Shown in pieces: positions 37,644 to 47,455 of a DNA stretch of 64,000 bases. The DNA lies in assembly GCA_016215115.1 (NCBI GenBank), contig JACRLN010000024.1, positions 35,337 to 99,336 of the forward strand, written 5' to 3'. Position 1 is the first letter of the stretch. Each line of letters begins with the position of its first letter. The translations under genes and the position numbers were made by a program. This DNA is from Nitrospirota bacterium. GTDB taxonomy: Bacteria > Nitrospirota > Thermodesulfovibrionia > UBA6902. Under the pieces are notes generated by a model. It saw nothing but the letters and a program-made list of their open reading frames with translations. It ran no database searches and was not told the DNA's origin.

Positions 37644-38576
37644 ATGGCAAAGAAATATTTATTAACTCTGATATGCCTCCTTGTTATTGGAGCATCAGGT
37701 TGCAGCAGAAACGACGATGTTAAAAAAATAAACCTTTCTGAAAAGATAGACGTAAAAAATACCGGGAAGCAATCAGAAAAAAGTCCTGTCCGCATCGCAG
37801 TCGGGGGTATGACTACTCCCAGGGCAGGATTTGTTTATTATAAACAGCTTCTGAATTATATAGGTGAAAAACTCGGAAGAAAAGTAGAATTTGTTGACAG
37901 GGAAGACTATGCGGCAATCAACAACATGCTGCAAAACAGGGAGATTGACGTGGCCTTTGTATGCGGCGGTCCGTATGTTGACGGACATGAAGAGTTCGGG
38001 CTTGAACTTTTAGCCGCTCCTGTGGCCTACGGCGGGACAGTATATTACTCATATATTATAGTGCCGAAAGACAGTCCTGTTAAGAATTTTAAAGAGCTGC
38101 GCGGTAAGACCTTTGCCTTTTCCGATCCTTTGTCCAACAGCGGGAAATTAATCCCCACATATATGCTGGCCAAAATGAATGAGACGCCGGAGAGTTTTTT
38201 TAAAAGTTTTTATTATACACATGCCCATGACAAATCCATAAAGGCTGTGGCCACCGGGGTCGTGGACGGAGCCGCTGTTGACAGCCTTATATGGGAATAT
38301 GCAAATCATACGAATCCCGAGTTTACATCAAAGACAAAGATAATTGAGAAGTCTTCACCGCATGGAATTCCGCCAGTTGTAATTCGTCACGGAATGGACC
38401 TTGAATTAAAAGAAAGACTGCGGCAGATTTTTTTGAACGCCCATAATGACAAAAAAGGGCAGGAGATTCTCAAGGGGATGATGATAGAAAAATTTGTCCC
38501 GATAGATAATAAAGCGTATGATTCTATAAGGGAAATGAAGCAATGGGTGGATAAACAAACAGCAGGAAAGAAATGA
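37644..38576 (+). CDS. periplasmic substrate-binding lipoprotein, PhnD/SsuA-like (PBP2 fold)
   Basis: Lipobox LLVIGASGC. PhnD-like binding-domain core (RIAVGGMTTPRAGFVYYKQL ... DVAFVCGGPYV). Its stop overlaps the start of the downstream kinase (ATGA). Confidence 0.65.
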   Translation: MAKKYLLTLICLLVIGASGCSRNDDVKKINLSEKIDVKNTGKQSEKSPVRIAVGGMTTPRAGFVYYKQLLNYIGEKLGRKVEFVDREDYAAINNMLQNREIDVAFVCGGPYVDGHEEFGLELLAAPVAYGGTVYYSYIIVPKDSPVKNFKELRGKTFAFSDPLSNSGKLIPTYMLAKMNETPESFFKSFYYTHAHDKSIKAVATGVVDGAAVDSLIWEYANHTNPEFTSKTKIIEKSSPHGIPPVVIRHGMDLELKERLRQIFLNAHNDKKGQEILKGMMIEKFVPIDNKAYDSIREMKQWVDKQTAGKK

Positions 38577-41296
38577 AACTACGCAGTAAAATCCTCTTAC
38601 ACACTGTCGGGTTAATTGTGTTTCTGGGACTGACAGTGATCGTTTTTTTAAAAACCACATTCACCCGGACTCTCATGTGCGAATTTAAGGAAAACAGCAT
38701 TTTTCAAACTCAACAATTGGCAAATTTGATTATCAACGATTTGCTGACAGAGAGCAAACTTAGACTACAGTTACTGCTTGATGACTACAAAAGAGAAGAT
38801 GCACATATTCAATATATTTTCATTATGAATGCAAACAAGAAACTGGTAGTTCATACTTTCAAACAGGGATTCCCTGCAGCTCTTTTAACCCTCAATAACT
38901 CCAACATTAAAGAAGGATATCATATCGAACACGTTGTCACAGAAGACGACGATATCTTTGATGTTGCTGCGCCTGTATTGGGAAGTGAAGCGGGAATACT
39001 ACATATTGGTTTTACAGAAGAACCGCTCCACGAAAAGGTTAACGAAATTGTTGCGTTAATTATCGGGATAATAACTGTTGTGTTAGCTTTAGGCGGCACA
39101 GGAGCGTTTGTTTTCGCCTCCAGGATTACAAGACCTCTCTATGACCTCTCAGAAGTGGCAAAAGATATCGGCAGCGGCAACTTGGACCGCAAAGCAGTGG
39201 TCAGAACAAAAGATGAAATTGGACAGCTTGGAACGACCTTCAATAAAATGATGAGGGATTTGAAAGGCACCACTGTATCGCTGGACACGCTGCAGAAAGA
39301 AAGAGATAGGGCGCAAAACTACCTGGATGTAGCAGGCGTCATGCTTATTGCGCTTAATACAAAGGGAAATGTCACACTGATAAATAAAAAAGGCTGTGAG
39401 CTTTTAGGGTATGAAGAACATGAAATTATAGGTAAAAACTGGTTTGACAATTTTATCCATGATAGCCTGAGAGAAGAGACAAAGACTGTCTTTACCGGTC
39501 TTATGGATGGAAGGATTGAGGCTAATAAACAATATGAAAATTCTGTATTAACCCGGAACGGTGAAATAAAAATTATAGAATGGAGAAATACCGTTCTAAC
39601 CGACACAACAGGAAAGATCATAGGCACTCTCAGTTCAGGAGAGGATATAACAAGAAGAAAAGAAGCGGAGAAGGAAGCGTATGAAAGCCGTCAGATGATT
39701 ATAAAAGAGCACGAAGAGTTAAATACAGTCTTTCATAAAATAGAAATTGCAAAGAAAGAATGGGAAAAAACCATAGACTGTATAGGTGACATGATAATGA
39801 TTACTGACAACAGGGGCAAAATAAAGAGGGTTAACCGCGTAGTTAAAGATTTTGTAGAAAAACCCTATCCTGAGATTCTCGGTAAAAACTGGGAAGAAAT
39901 AATAAAAGAAAAGGGACTGGAAAGCCGCACATTTTATGCCGGGGGAGTGGAATTGTATCAAGAATCTACCGGGAATTGGTTCCAACTTAACTCATATCCT
40001 TTCAACTCCGAGGATGTTGGATATTCAGGGACGGTCATAACACTTCACAACACTACAGAATTAAAGCAGATTACGGCAAAGCTTGAGGAGACTACAAAAG
40101 AGATTAACGAAGAGAGGGAAAAACTCTCGATGGCTCTTGAACGTATTTCCAGTCTTATTCAAAATGTCACCCATCAGAAGCAGTATGAAATGGCTCTTGA
40201 TAACCCATATTTAACGACATGCTATGAATTGAAGAATTGCAAAAAGGAAGATTGTCCCTCCTACGGCAAGGGGGCGACAAGATGCTGGCAGACAGCAGGG
40301 ACTTTCTGCGGCGGAAAGGTGGAGGGGGCATTTGCCCAAAAATACAAAAACTGTACAGAATGTAATGTGTTCAAGGCCGCAACATCAAACCCTATTCACC
40401 AGATAGGGGAACAGTTCAACAACATGATGCATGTGCTTGAAGCGAAAAACAGGGAACTTGAGAACGCCTATGCAGAGCTCAAGGAGACTCAGGCGCAGAT
40501 ACTGCAGCGTGAAAAAATGGCTTCAATCGGGCAGCTTGCCGCCGGGGTCGCGCATGAGATTAATAATCCCATGGGGTTTATCTCAAGCAATCTCGCCACT
40601 CTTGGGAAATACGTAAATAAACTAACCGATTTTATCAATACACAAAGTGTGATTATCGAATCTCTTAAATCAGCAGAGGCGTCAGAAAGCCTGAAAGAAC
40701 TTAAAAAAAAGCTTAAGCTCGATTATATCTTTGAAGACATCGGGCAGTTGATAAAAGAATCTCTTGAGGGGGCGGAGAGGGTGAAGAAGATTGTGCAGAA
40801 CCTCAAGAGTTTCTCAAGGGTGGACGAGGCGGAATACAAATTTACAGATATCAACGAATGCATTGAGAGTACGTTAAATATTGTATGGAACGAATTGAAA
40901 TATAAAGCAACGGTGACAAAAGAATACGGAGAACTGCCGCAGATTAAATGCTACCCCCAGCAGATTAACCAGGTCTTTATGAACCTCTTTATCAATGCGG
41001 TTCAGGCTATTGAAAAACAGGGCGAGATAAAGATAAAGACCTGGAACGGCAACGGGCTGATCAATATATCAGTATCAGATACAGGAAACGGAATTCCCCA
41101 GGACAAGCTCAGCAGGATATTTGAGCCGTTCTTTACAACAAAACCGGTGGGGCATGGGACCGGGCTTGGATTGAGCATAACCTACGACATAGTAAAGAAG
41201 CATAAGGGAGAAATTACAGTCGAGAGCGAAGTGGGCCGGGGAACTACTTTTACAGTAAAACTCCCGATCGCTGAGGAGGAAAATAAAAATGGATGA
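38573..41296 (+). CDS. multidomain sensor histidine kinase (periplasmic sensor, HAMP, 2-3 PAS, 7-Cys module, HisKA, HATPase_c)
   Basis: TM1, a periplasmic domain of about 140 aa, TM2, HAMP, PAS repeats, the Cys-rich segment CYELKNCKKEDCPSYGKGATRCWQTAGTFCGG ... CTEC, an H-box (AAGVAHEINNP) and the ATPase G-boxes (GHGTGLGLSI). Confidence 0.8.
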   Translation: MKLRSKILLHTVGLIVFLGLTVIVFLKTTFTRTLMCEFKENSIFQTQQLANLIINDLLTESKLRLQLLLDDYKREDAHIQYIFIMNANKKLVVHTFKQGFPAALLTLNNSNIKEGYHIEHVVTEDDDIFDVAAPVLGSEAGILHIGFTEEPLHEKVNEIVALIIGIITVVLALGGTGAFVFASRITRPLYDLSEVAKDIGSGNLDRKAVVRTKDEIGQLGTTFNKMMRDLKGTTVSLDTLQKERDRAQNYLDVAGVMLIALNTKGNVTLINKKGCELLGYEEHEIIGKNWFDNFIHDSLREETKTVFTGLMDGRIEANKQYENSVLTRNGEIKIIEWRNTVLTDTTGKIIGTLSSGEDITRRKEAEKEAYESRQMIIKEHEELNTVFHKIEIAKKEWEKTIDCIGDMIMITDNRGKIKRVNRVVKDFVEKPYPEILGKNWEEIIKEKGLESRTFYAGGVELYQESTGNWFQLNSYPFNSEDVGYSGTVITLHNTTELKQITAKLEETTKEINEEREKLSMALERISSLIQNVTHQKQYEMALDNPYLTTCYELKNCKKEDCPSYGKGATRCWQTAGTFCGGKVEGAFAQKYKNCTECNVFKAATSNPIHQIGEQFNNMMHVLEAKNRELENAYAELKETQAQILQREKMASIGQLAAGVAHEINNPMGFISSNLATLGKYVNKLTDFINTQSVIIESLKSAEASESLKELKKKLKLDYIFEDIGQLIKESLEGAERVKKIVQNLKSFSRVDEAEYKFTDINECIESTLNIVWNELKYKATVTKEYGELPQIKCYPQQINQVFMNLFINAVQAIEKQGEIKIKTWNGNGLINISVSDTGNGIPQDKLSRIFEPFFTTKPVGHGTGLGLSITYDIVKKHKGEITVESEVGRGTTFTVKLPIAEEENKNG

Positions 41297-42131
41297 GCAG
41301 GTAAGAATTTTATGCGTAGATGACGAGGAAAATGTCCTAAGGTCCCTGAAAAGACTTTTCCTGGACAGCGAATACGAGATCCATATCGCAGCCTCGGGGG
41401 ACGAAGGACTTGAAATCCTCAGAAAAACAGAACCGGTTCAGATAATCATTTCCGATTACAGAATGCCAAAAATGAACGGAGTGGATTTCCTGAAGGAGGT
41501 GTACAGGCACTGGCCCGATACAATCAGGATAGTCCTCTCAGGTTATGCTGATACAGCGTCTATAGTCGAAGCAATAAATGTAGGACATATTTACAAGTTT
41601 ATCCCCAAGCCGTGGAATGACGCTGAACTAAAGGTTGCAATATCCAATGCCCTGGACCGCTATTTTATAAAGCAGAAGAATATTCAGCTCACAAAGGAAC
41701 TGGAAGCAAAAAACAGGGAGCTTCAGGAAATCAACAATAATCTTGAAGTGCTTGTTACAGAGAGGACCGCTGATCTAATGATGCAGAATAAAATACTGAA
41801 CTGCTCCCAGAATATCCTTGACTCGCTTCCTGTTGCCGTTATAGGCATAGACCCGGAAGGGCAAATAGTACAATGTAACAAATTAGGGCTGGAATTTTTC
41901 AGCAGTGAAAAGGGATATATCATGGGAAGGGACAGATGGGATTCATTGCCTGATGAAATAAATACCTTTATTGAAGACGTCACTGAAAAAGGAGCCCTTT
42001 CTGCAAATATACCCAGGAATGGCGCTGACATCAGGATCAAAGGGGTTCACATGAAATACTCCAATGGACAGGAGGGGATCATCCTGATTTTTGACAGAAA
42101 CCGGGTAAATGTTAATGGAAACTGCAAATGA
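41289..42131 (+). CDS. response regulator, REC + C-terminal PAS-like domain
   Basis: REC (ILCVDDEENV ... IIISDYRMPKMNG). The C-terminal roughly 130 aa are PAS-like. Confidence 0.7.
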   Translation: MDEQVRILCVDDEENVLRSLKRLFLDSEYEIHIAASGDEGLEILRKTEPVQIIISDYRMPKMNGVDFLKEVYRHWPDTIRIVLSGYADTASIVEAINVGHIYKFIPKPWNDAELKVAISNALDRYFIKQKNIQLTKELEAKNRELQEINNNLEVLVTERTADLMMQNKILNCSQNILDSLPVAVIGIDPEGQIVQCNKLGLEFFSSEKGYIMGRDRWDSLPDEINTFIEDVTEKGALSANIPRNGADIRIKGVHMKYSNGQEGIILIFDRNRVNVNGNCK

Positions 42132-43449
42132 AATAAAATCTGAAACTCCGGTAGAAATACTCTTTGTCGATGACGAGAAGAACGTACTGCAGTCGCTCAA
42201 GCGGTTGTGCATAGAAGATGATTATTCCGTTATATTGGCAAATTCAGGAGAAGAGGCGCTGGAGATATTGAAAAACAATTCAAATATAGGACTTATAGTC
42301 TCGGACCAGAGGATGCCGGCTATGACAGGCTCCGAATTTCTTGAAAAAGCAAAAGAGATGCTGCCTGATACCATCAGGATTCTGCTCACCGGTTACGCAG
42401 ATATCAACGCAGTCGCTGATGCCATAAATAAAGGCGGCGCCTACAGATATATAACAAAACCCTGGAATGACGAGGAACTCATTCAGATTATAGGAGACGC
42501 TGTCAGGAGATATTCACTCATAAAGGAAAACAAGAGATTACAGGAAATTATCAGAAAACAGAACGAGGAACTTAAAAGATGGAATTCCCAGCTTGAGTTT
42601 TTTGTACAGGAACAGACAATCGAGATACAAAACAAAAATAAGGAACTCGAAAAATTCAATGAGAACCTGAAGAAAAATTTTAAAAACTCTATTTTTGCCT
42701 TTTCAAGCCTCATTGAACTTCGGGACAAAAAAACTGCAAACCATTCAAAAAACGTTGCAGAGCTTTCAGTAAAAACAGCGAGAGCCATGAACTTATCAGG
42801 CAAAGAGATAGAAACTATTACCGTTGCAGCGCTTCTTCATGACATAGGGAAGATCGGCATCCCTGATGCACTGCTCTTGAGGGAAGAAGATGAGATGGAC
42901 AAGGAAGCCCTGCGCGAATATATGCGGCATCCAGTGAGAGGTCAGGCGGCAATTGATTCTATAGAGGACCTGAGAGAATCCGGAATTTTAATAAGACACC
43001 ACCATGAATGGTATAACGGAACGGGATTCCCCGATCAACTCTCCGGCAAGAAGATCCCTCTTGGTGCAAAGATCATTGCCATCGCTGACTTTACAGATAA
43101 AACTATAAGAAATCTGGACAGGGATAATGCCATAGAAATTAGTTTAAAAAAAGTGAAAGACAAGCTTGGTACACGGTTTGATTACGAGATATACCCGTAT
43201 ATCGAAGCATCGGTGAGAGAGGTATATTCAAAAGTCCTGCAACAGACCGGAACCAATATGGTTGAGATGGAACTCAGCGTAAACGACATAAAAGAAGGTA
43301 CGCTGCTTTCGAGAGACGTAAAAAGCGGAACCGGTCTCATCCTTTTGCCTAAAGGGACAATATTGAACTGGAGAAACATTCAGGCGCTCAGACGTTACTA
43401 TCAGCTTGATCCGTCAAATACCGGGATATTTGTGCTGGTGAAGAGGTGA
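42109..43449 (+). CDS. response regulator with an HD-GYP c-di-GMP phosphodiesterase domain
   Basis: REC (ILFVDDEKNV ... LIVSDQRMPAMTG). HD motif (LLHDIGKIGIPD) and a GYP-like motif (HHEWYNGTGFP, a GYP to GFP variant). Confidence 0.8.
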   Translation: MLMETANEIKSETPVEILFVDDEKNVLQSLKRLCIEDDYSVILANSGEEALEILKNNSNIGLIVSDQRMPAMTGSEFLEKAKEMLPDTIRILLTGYADINAVADAINKGGAYRYITKPWNDEELIQIIGDAVRRYSLIKENKRLQEIIRKQNEELKRWNSQLEFFVQEQTIEIQNKNKELEKFNENLKKNFKNSIFAFSSLIELRDKKTANHSKNVAELSVKTARAMNLSGKEIETITVAALLHDIGKIGIPDALLLREEDEMDKEALREYMRHPVRGQAAIDSIEDLRESGILIRHHHEWYNGTGFPDQLSGKKIPLGAKIIAIADFTDKTIRNLDRDNAIEISLKKVKDKLGTRFDYEIYPYIEASVREVYSKVLQQTGTNMVEMELSVNDIKEGTLLSRDVKSGTGLILLPKGTILNWRNIQALRRYYQLDPSNTGIFVLVKR

Positions 43450-43470
43450 ATTTATGAAGGAGGATAAGAC

Positions 43471-44040
43471 ATGGAAGATTCCATACTAATAGTTGATGAC
43501 GACCCTAATGTAATATCGGCGATCAGTAGGTCATTAATGGAAGAACCATACAGTATCTATGCGGCAAATAGCGGCGTTGAGGGTCTCAACATACTAAAAG
43601 GACATAAAATTAAGCTTGTGATCTCTGATGAAATGATGCCGGGGATGTCAGGGACTGAATTTCTGTCAGCAGTAAAAAATATATTTCCTGAAACCATCAG
43701 GATTATGTTAACAGGACATGCAAGCATTCAGGCGGCTATGAAAGCTGTCAACAGCGGCGAGATTTACAGATTTTTTTCAAAACCCTGGGATGATATTGAA
43801 CTGAAGCTTTCCATTCGCTCTGCCATTGAAAAGTATAATCTTGAGGAGGAGAACAGAAGTCTTCTTAAGACTGTAAAGCGTCAGGCGTCAGAGCTAAAAC
43901 AGCTTGAAAAGATGCATCCCGGAATTACAAGCCTGAAAAAAGACACTGAGGGGCACTTTATTCTTCCTGAAATATCAGACACTGACGAAGACATTTCTGA
44001 AATAATAGCACAGTCCAAAATTAAAAAAGATTCTGCTTAA
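43471..44040 (+). CDS. CheY-like response regulator receiver with a C-terminal extension
   Basis: ILIVDDDPNV ... LVISDEMMPGMSG ... K, then an acidic tail of about 60 aa. Confidence 0.7.
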   Translation: MEDSILIVDDDPNVISAISRSLMEEPYSIYAANSGVEGLNILKGHKIKLVISDEMMPGMSGTEFLSAVKNIFPETIRIMLTGHASIQAAMKAVNSGEIYRFFSKPWDDIELKLSIRSAIEKYNLEEENRSLLKTVKRQASELKQLEKMHPGITSLKKDTEGHFILPEISDTDEDISEIIAQSKIKKDSA

Positions 44041-44126
44041 ACAATCCTTCCTTCCCCTCTTTATATAAGATAAAAATATTCCCCTGTTTTATGATATAAA
44101 TATATAAACTCACACAAGGGGGATAA

Positions 44127-44705
44127 ATGATACATTACAAAGGAATCAATCATGTAGCCCTGGCAACAAAAGATTTGGATACCACCATCCGTTTCTGGAG
44201 GGATCTGCTCGGGATGAAATTAATCGCGGGAATCGGGAAACGAGGAAATAGACAATATTTTATCGAGCTCTCGGATAATGTGCTGATAGCCTTTTTTGAA
44301 TGGCCGGAGGCTGAACCGGTGCCTGATAAAGACCCCGGAAGGCCAGCAAAAGGACCAATTATATTTGACCATTTATGCATTGAACTGACGGATAAAGAGC
44401 AATTCTGGGCGCTCAAAGACAGATTGACAGCAGCCGGAATATGGGTCACGGAAGCCATTGATAATGGTTTTATTCATTCTATATTTTCCACCGACCCAAA
44501 TGGGATACAGCTTGAGTTCTGCTATAAAATTGATAAATTTGATGTTCGTGATAAATTCAGAATGAAGGACCCCTCGCCTTCGGATGTTACAAAAGAAGGT
44601 CCCGGGCCATTCCCTGACAAATGGCCTGCGGTTAAAAATCCAACCCCGGAAAATGATAGAAAGGTTTATCCGGGTGAGTTAAGGAAGCTTTTTGAGGGGG
44701 AATAA
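44127..44705 (+). CDS. VOC-family (glyoxalase/bleomycin-resistance/dioxygenase fold) protein
   Basis: N-terminal VOC signature (GINHVALATKDLDTTIRFWRDLLGMKL), paired beta-alpha-beta-beta-beta modules. Confidence 0.65.
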   Translation: MIHYKGINHVALATKDLDTTIRFWRDLLGMKLIAGIGKRGNRQYFIELSDNVLIAFFEWPEAEPVPDKDPGRPAKGPIIFDHLCIELTDKEQFWALKDRLTAAGIWVTEAIDNGFIHSIFSTDPNGIQLEFCYKIDKFDVRDKFRMKDPSPSDVTKEGPGPFPDKWPAVKNPTPENDRKVYPGELRKLFEGE

Positions 44706-44726
44706 GAAAAAGTTTGTAAGATCGTA

Positions 44727-44818
44727 GTAGGGGCGATCCGGTGGATCGCCCCTACGAGAGGACACAAAAAGGGCACGTCGCGACGTGCCCCTACAGGGCG
44801 TATGCCATACGCCCCTAC
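44727..44818. repeat. Family C palindromic (REP-like) repeats, three consecutive palindromes
   Basis: GTAGGGGCGATCCGGTGGATCGCCCCTAC, then the perfect palindrome GGCACGTCGCGACGTGCC, then GGGCGTATGCCATACGCCC. Followed at 44840-44880 by an 8-mer array (CTTTTGCA CTTCTGCT CTTTTGCA CTTTCGCG). Confidence 0.8.
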
Positions 44819-44938
44819 TTTATTGCTTACGCCCTTCCCCGCTTTTGCACTTCTGCTCTTTTGCACTTTCGCGCTCTTGACATTGTTCGGAAATAGCGTA
44901 TGATTTAATATGTAAAGCAAAAAAACAGGAGGTGTGCG

Positions 44939-45358
44939 ATGAAAACTGTAAAACAACTTTTGTTTGCCGCCCTCATAGGGCTTCTCATGGTTTCCGTGGC
45001 AATGGCACAAGAGAAAGCAAGTCAAACTGCCGAGCCGGGCCCAACCACAACCTATCAGGCCAAGTTTCCAATCACCATTCAGGGCGGAGAATATGATATG
45101 AAAACCGTCATAATAGATTTCCCTCAAGGGGTGGGGATGCCTACACATATGCATGGCGGACACGTACTTGTGATAGTACTGAATGGTGAGATGACACTCA
45201 AAGAGAAAGGCACAGAGAGGATAATAAAAGCCGGAGAAAGCTGGACTGAGAATCCCGGCAATCACCACTCAGTCGTCAATGCAGGCTCTACCACTGCCAG
45301 GGTTGTGGTTAACATGCTGCTGCCAAAAGGCGCTGAGGCTACCACGATAATTAAGTAG
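44939..45358 (+). CDS. secreted cupin-domain protein
   Basis: Signal peptide (LLFAALIGLLMVSVAMAQE). A cupin_2-like core (PTHMHGGHVLVIVLNGEM ... NPGNHHS). Confidence 0.6.
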   Translation: MKTVKQLLFAALIGLLMVSVAMAQEKASQTAEPGPTTTYQAKFPITIQGGEYDMKTVIIDFPQGVGMPTHMHGGHVLVIVLNGEMTLKEKGTERIIKAGESWTENPGNHHSVVNAGSTTARVVVNMLLPKGAEATTIIK

Positions 45359-45426
45359 GGGCGATCCGGTGGATTGCCCAAGTGTGGTATCGGGGAAAAA
45401 AGGGCGACCCGCCGGGTCGACCCTAC
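45356..45426. repeat. Family C palindromic repeats (GTAGGGGCGATCCGGTGGATTGCCC ... GGGCGACCCGCCGGGTCGACCCTAC)
   Basis: Seen directly, downstream of the cupin gene. Confidence 0.75.
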
Positions 45427-45489
45427 GAAAACAAAAACCCCGTTAAAAATCTTCATTCTTAACGGGGATAATATTTTAATCCTGATAAA

Positions 45490-46668
45490 TTAATGAAGCT
45501 CAGGCCAGGAAGCGGTCTGCTCTCTTACAGCAATCGCTATCTTGTAAAGAATTGTAAGCACTAAAAACCCTATGGACCATATACCGAGAGTGATCAACGC
45601 CTCTGGCAGTGATGGCCAGTACTCTGTCACCCGCTCGAACATATTCGGAACAAACCCGCCTACGACCAATCCAAAACCCTTGTCGATCCAGAGGGAGATG
45701 AAAACCGCTACACACGCGAACGCAAGCATATTCTCTTTCCTGCGCATGTTAGGATTCACCAGAATGATAAGCGATACAATTGCAAGGATAGTTGACATCC
45801 ACATTAACGGAACCAGTTTTGAGTATCCATCCAGACCGGCATACAGGTAAACGAACGGATGCATGTGACCCGGTATCTGGCTGTAGAACGCAGTGAAGAA
45901 CTCAAGTCCGAGAAGGAACACATTCGCAAACATTGCATAGGTGACTATCTTGCCCAGCGCCTGAATTGCCTCTTTGCCGGGATCAAATTTACTGACCTTC
46001 CTAACTATTAGACACAAGATAATAAGGAGCGCAGGCCCTGATGCAAAGGCTGATCCAAGAAACCGCGCTGCCATAACGGCTGTCAGCCAGAAATGTCTTC
46101 CGGGAAGTCCGGCATATAAGAATGCTGTTACTGTATGAATGCTGACTGCCCATGGAACAGACAGATATATCAGGGGCTTTACCCAATCCGGCGGCGGAAC
46201 TCCTTTACGGTCCGCGGTCAGAGTGGTCCAGCCGACTATTAAGTTAATAAAAAGATAACCGTTTAAGACCATTGCGTCCCAGAAGAGGATCGAGTTAGGG
46301 GTCGGATGCAGTATGACATTCATGACCCTCATAGGCTGGCCCAAATCAACAAAGATAAACAGGATACACATGGTAACGGCTGCTATGGCCAAAAATTCTC
46401 CAAGGATTACAACTTTCCCGAATGTCTTAAAATCATGCAGATAATACGGGATCACCAGCATTACTGCCGAAGCCGCGACCCCGACAAGGAACGTGAACTG
46501 GGAAATATAGAACCCCCAGGAAACATCCCTGCTCATCCCTGTGATACCAAGGCCGTAATCAAACTGACGGAGGTAATTGATAAAACCAACTCCGATAATA
46601 GCAAGCAAAATGAATATCCATGTCCAGTACCTTTTGCTGCCGGTAAGCGCTTTCTCAAGCATGTTCAT
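45490..46668 (-). CDS. dsrP: DsrP, NrfD/PsrC-family integral membrane subunit of the DsrMKJOP complex
   Basis: 392 aa, about 10 TM helices, NrfD-like. Last gene of the dsrMKJOP run. Confidence 0.75.
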   Translation of the reverse strand: MNMLEKALTGSKRYWTWIFILLAIIGVGFINYLRQFDYGLGITGMSRDVSWGFYISQFTFLVGVAASAVMLVIPYYLHDFKTFGKVVILGEFLAIAAVTMCILFIFVDLGQPMRVMNVILHPTPNSILFWDAMVLNGYLFINLIVGWTTLTADRKGVPPPDWVKPLIYLSVPWAVSIHTVTAFLYAGLPGRHFWLTAVMAARFLGSAFASGPALLIILCLIVRKVSKFDPGKEAIQALGKIVTYAMFANVFLLGLEFFTAFYSQIPGHMHPFVYLYAGLDGYSKLVPLMWMSTILAIVSLIILVNPNMRRKENMLAFACVAVFISLWIDKGFGLVVGGFVPNMFERVTEYWPSLPEALITLGIWSIGFLVLTILYKIAIAVREQTASWPELH

Positions 46669-47455
46669 TCCCTCCTATTACGTAGTAAACACTGGGACCA
46701 GACCCGATTTCAGGTTTACGTCTGATGGTATAATTAGCGCTGAGGACCTTCCTTACTTCTGAATTGGAATCTTCGAGATCGCCAAAGACCAGTGCGCCGT
46801 TGGATTTCTCTACACAGGCCGGTTTAAGTCCCCGTGCAAGTCTTTCTGAACAAAAGGTGCATTTCTCTACAACTCCCTTCATCCGGGTCGGGAATTCTTT
46901 ATTTTCTTCTTTTTCTTTGATGAAGGGTCTCGGGTCCCTCCAGTTAAAGCTCCTTGCACCAAACGGGCACGCCGCCATGCAGAAACGGCATCCGATACAG
47001 CGATGGTAATCCATTGCAACAATGCCGTCCGGCCTCTTGAATGTGGCCTTTGTGGGACATACCCTTACACAGGGTGGTTTTGCACAGTGGTTACAGAGCG
47101 CCAGAAAAGGTTTGTGTTTTATGCTCTCAGGTATAAATTCATCGGATACTCCGGGAAAGGTGTTCTCATATTCCTCTTCCCATATCCATTTTACTTCATC
47201 TTTCTTGTTGCCGATATCCGGTACATTATGAATGCTGTGACAGGCATGAATGATTTTCTCATAATCTTCTTTTGTCTTGATTTTACTGACATCAATAACC
47301 ATGGCCCATCTCTTTGCTGTGAGGGCTTCCGGTCCCGGCGAAACAGAGGCTTCAGCATTCGTCGTTAGTAACTCTTCAATAGCAGATGCGCCTGTTAATC
47401 CGAAAAGTGCGGAAGCGCCCGCAATTTTTAAGAATTTTCTCCTGTTTATACTCAT
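46655..47455 (-). CDS. dsrO: DsrO, periplasmic 4x[4Fe-4S] ferredoxin-like subunit with a Tat signal
   Basis: Tat motif (RRKFLKIAGASALFGLTGASA) and multiple CxxCxxC...CP clusters (CNHCAKPPCVRVCP, CIGCRFCMAACP, CTFCSERL). Confidence 0.8.
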   Translation of the reverse strand: MSINRRKFLKIAGASALFGLTGASAIEELLTTNAEASVSPGPEALTAKRWAMVIDVSKIKTKEDYEKIIHACHSIHNVPDIGNKKDEVKWIWEEEYENTFPGVSDEFIPESIKHKPFLALCNHCAKPPCVRVCPTKATFKRPDGIVAMDYHRCIGCRFCMAACPFGARSFNWRDPRPFIKEKEENKEFPTRMKGVVEKCTFCSERLARGLKPACVEKSNGALVFGDLEDSNSEVRKVLSANYTIRRKPEIGSGPSVYYVIGGNEHA

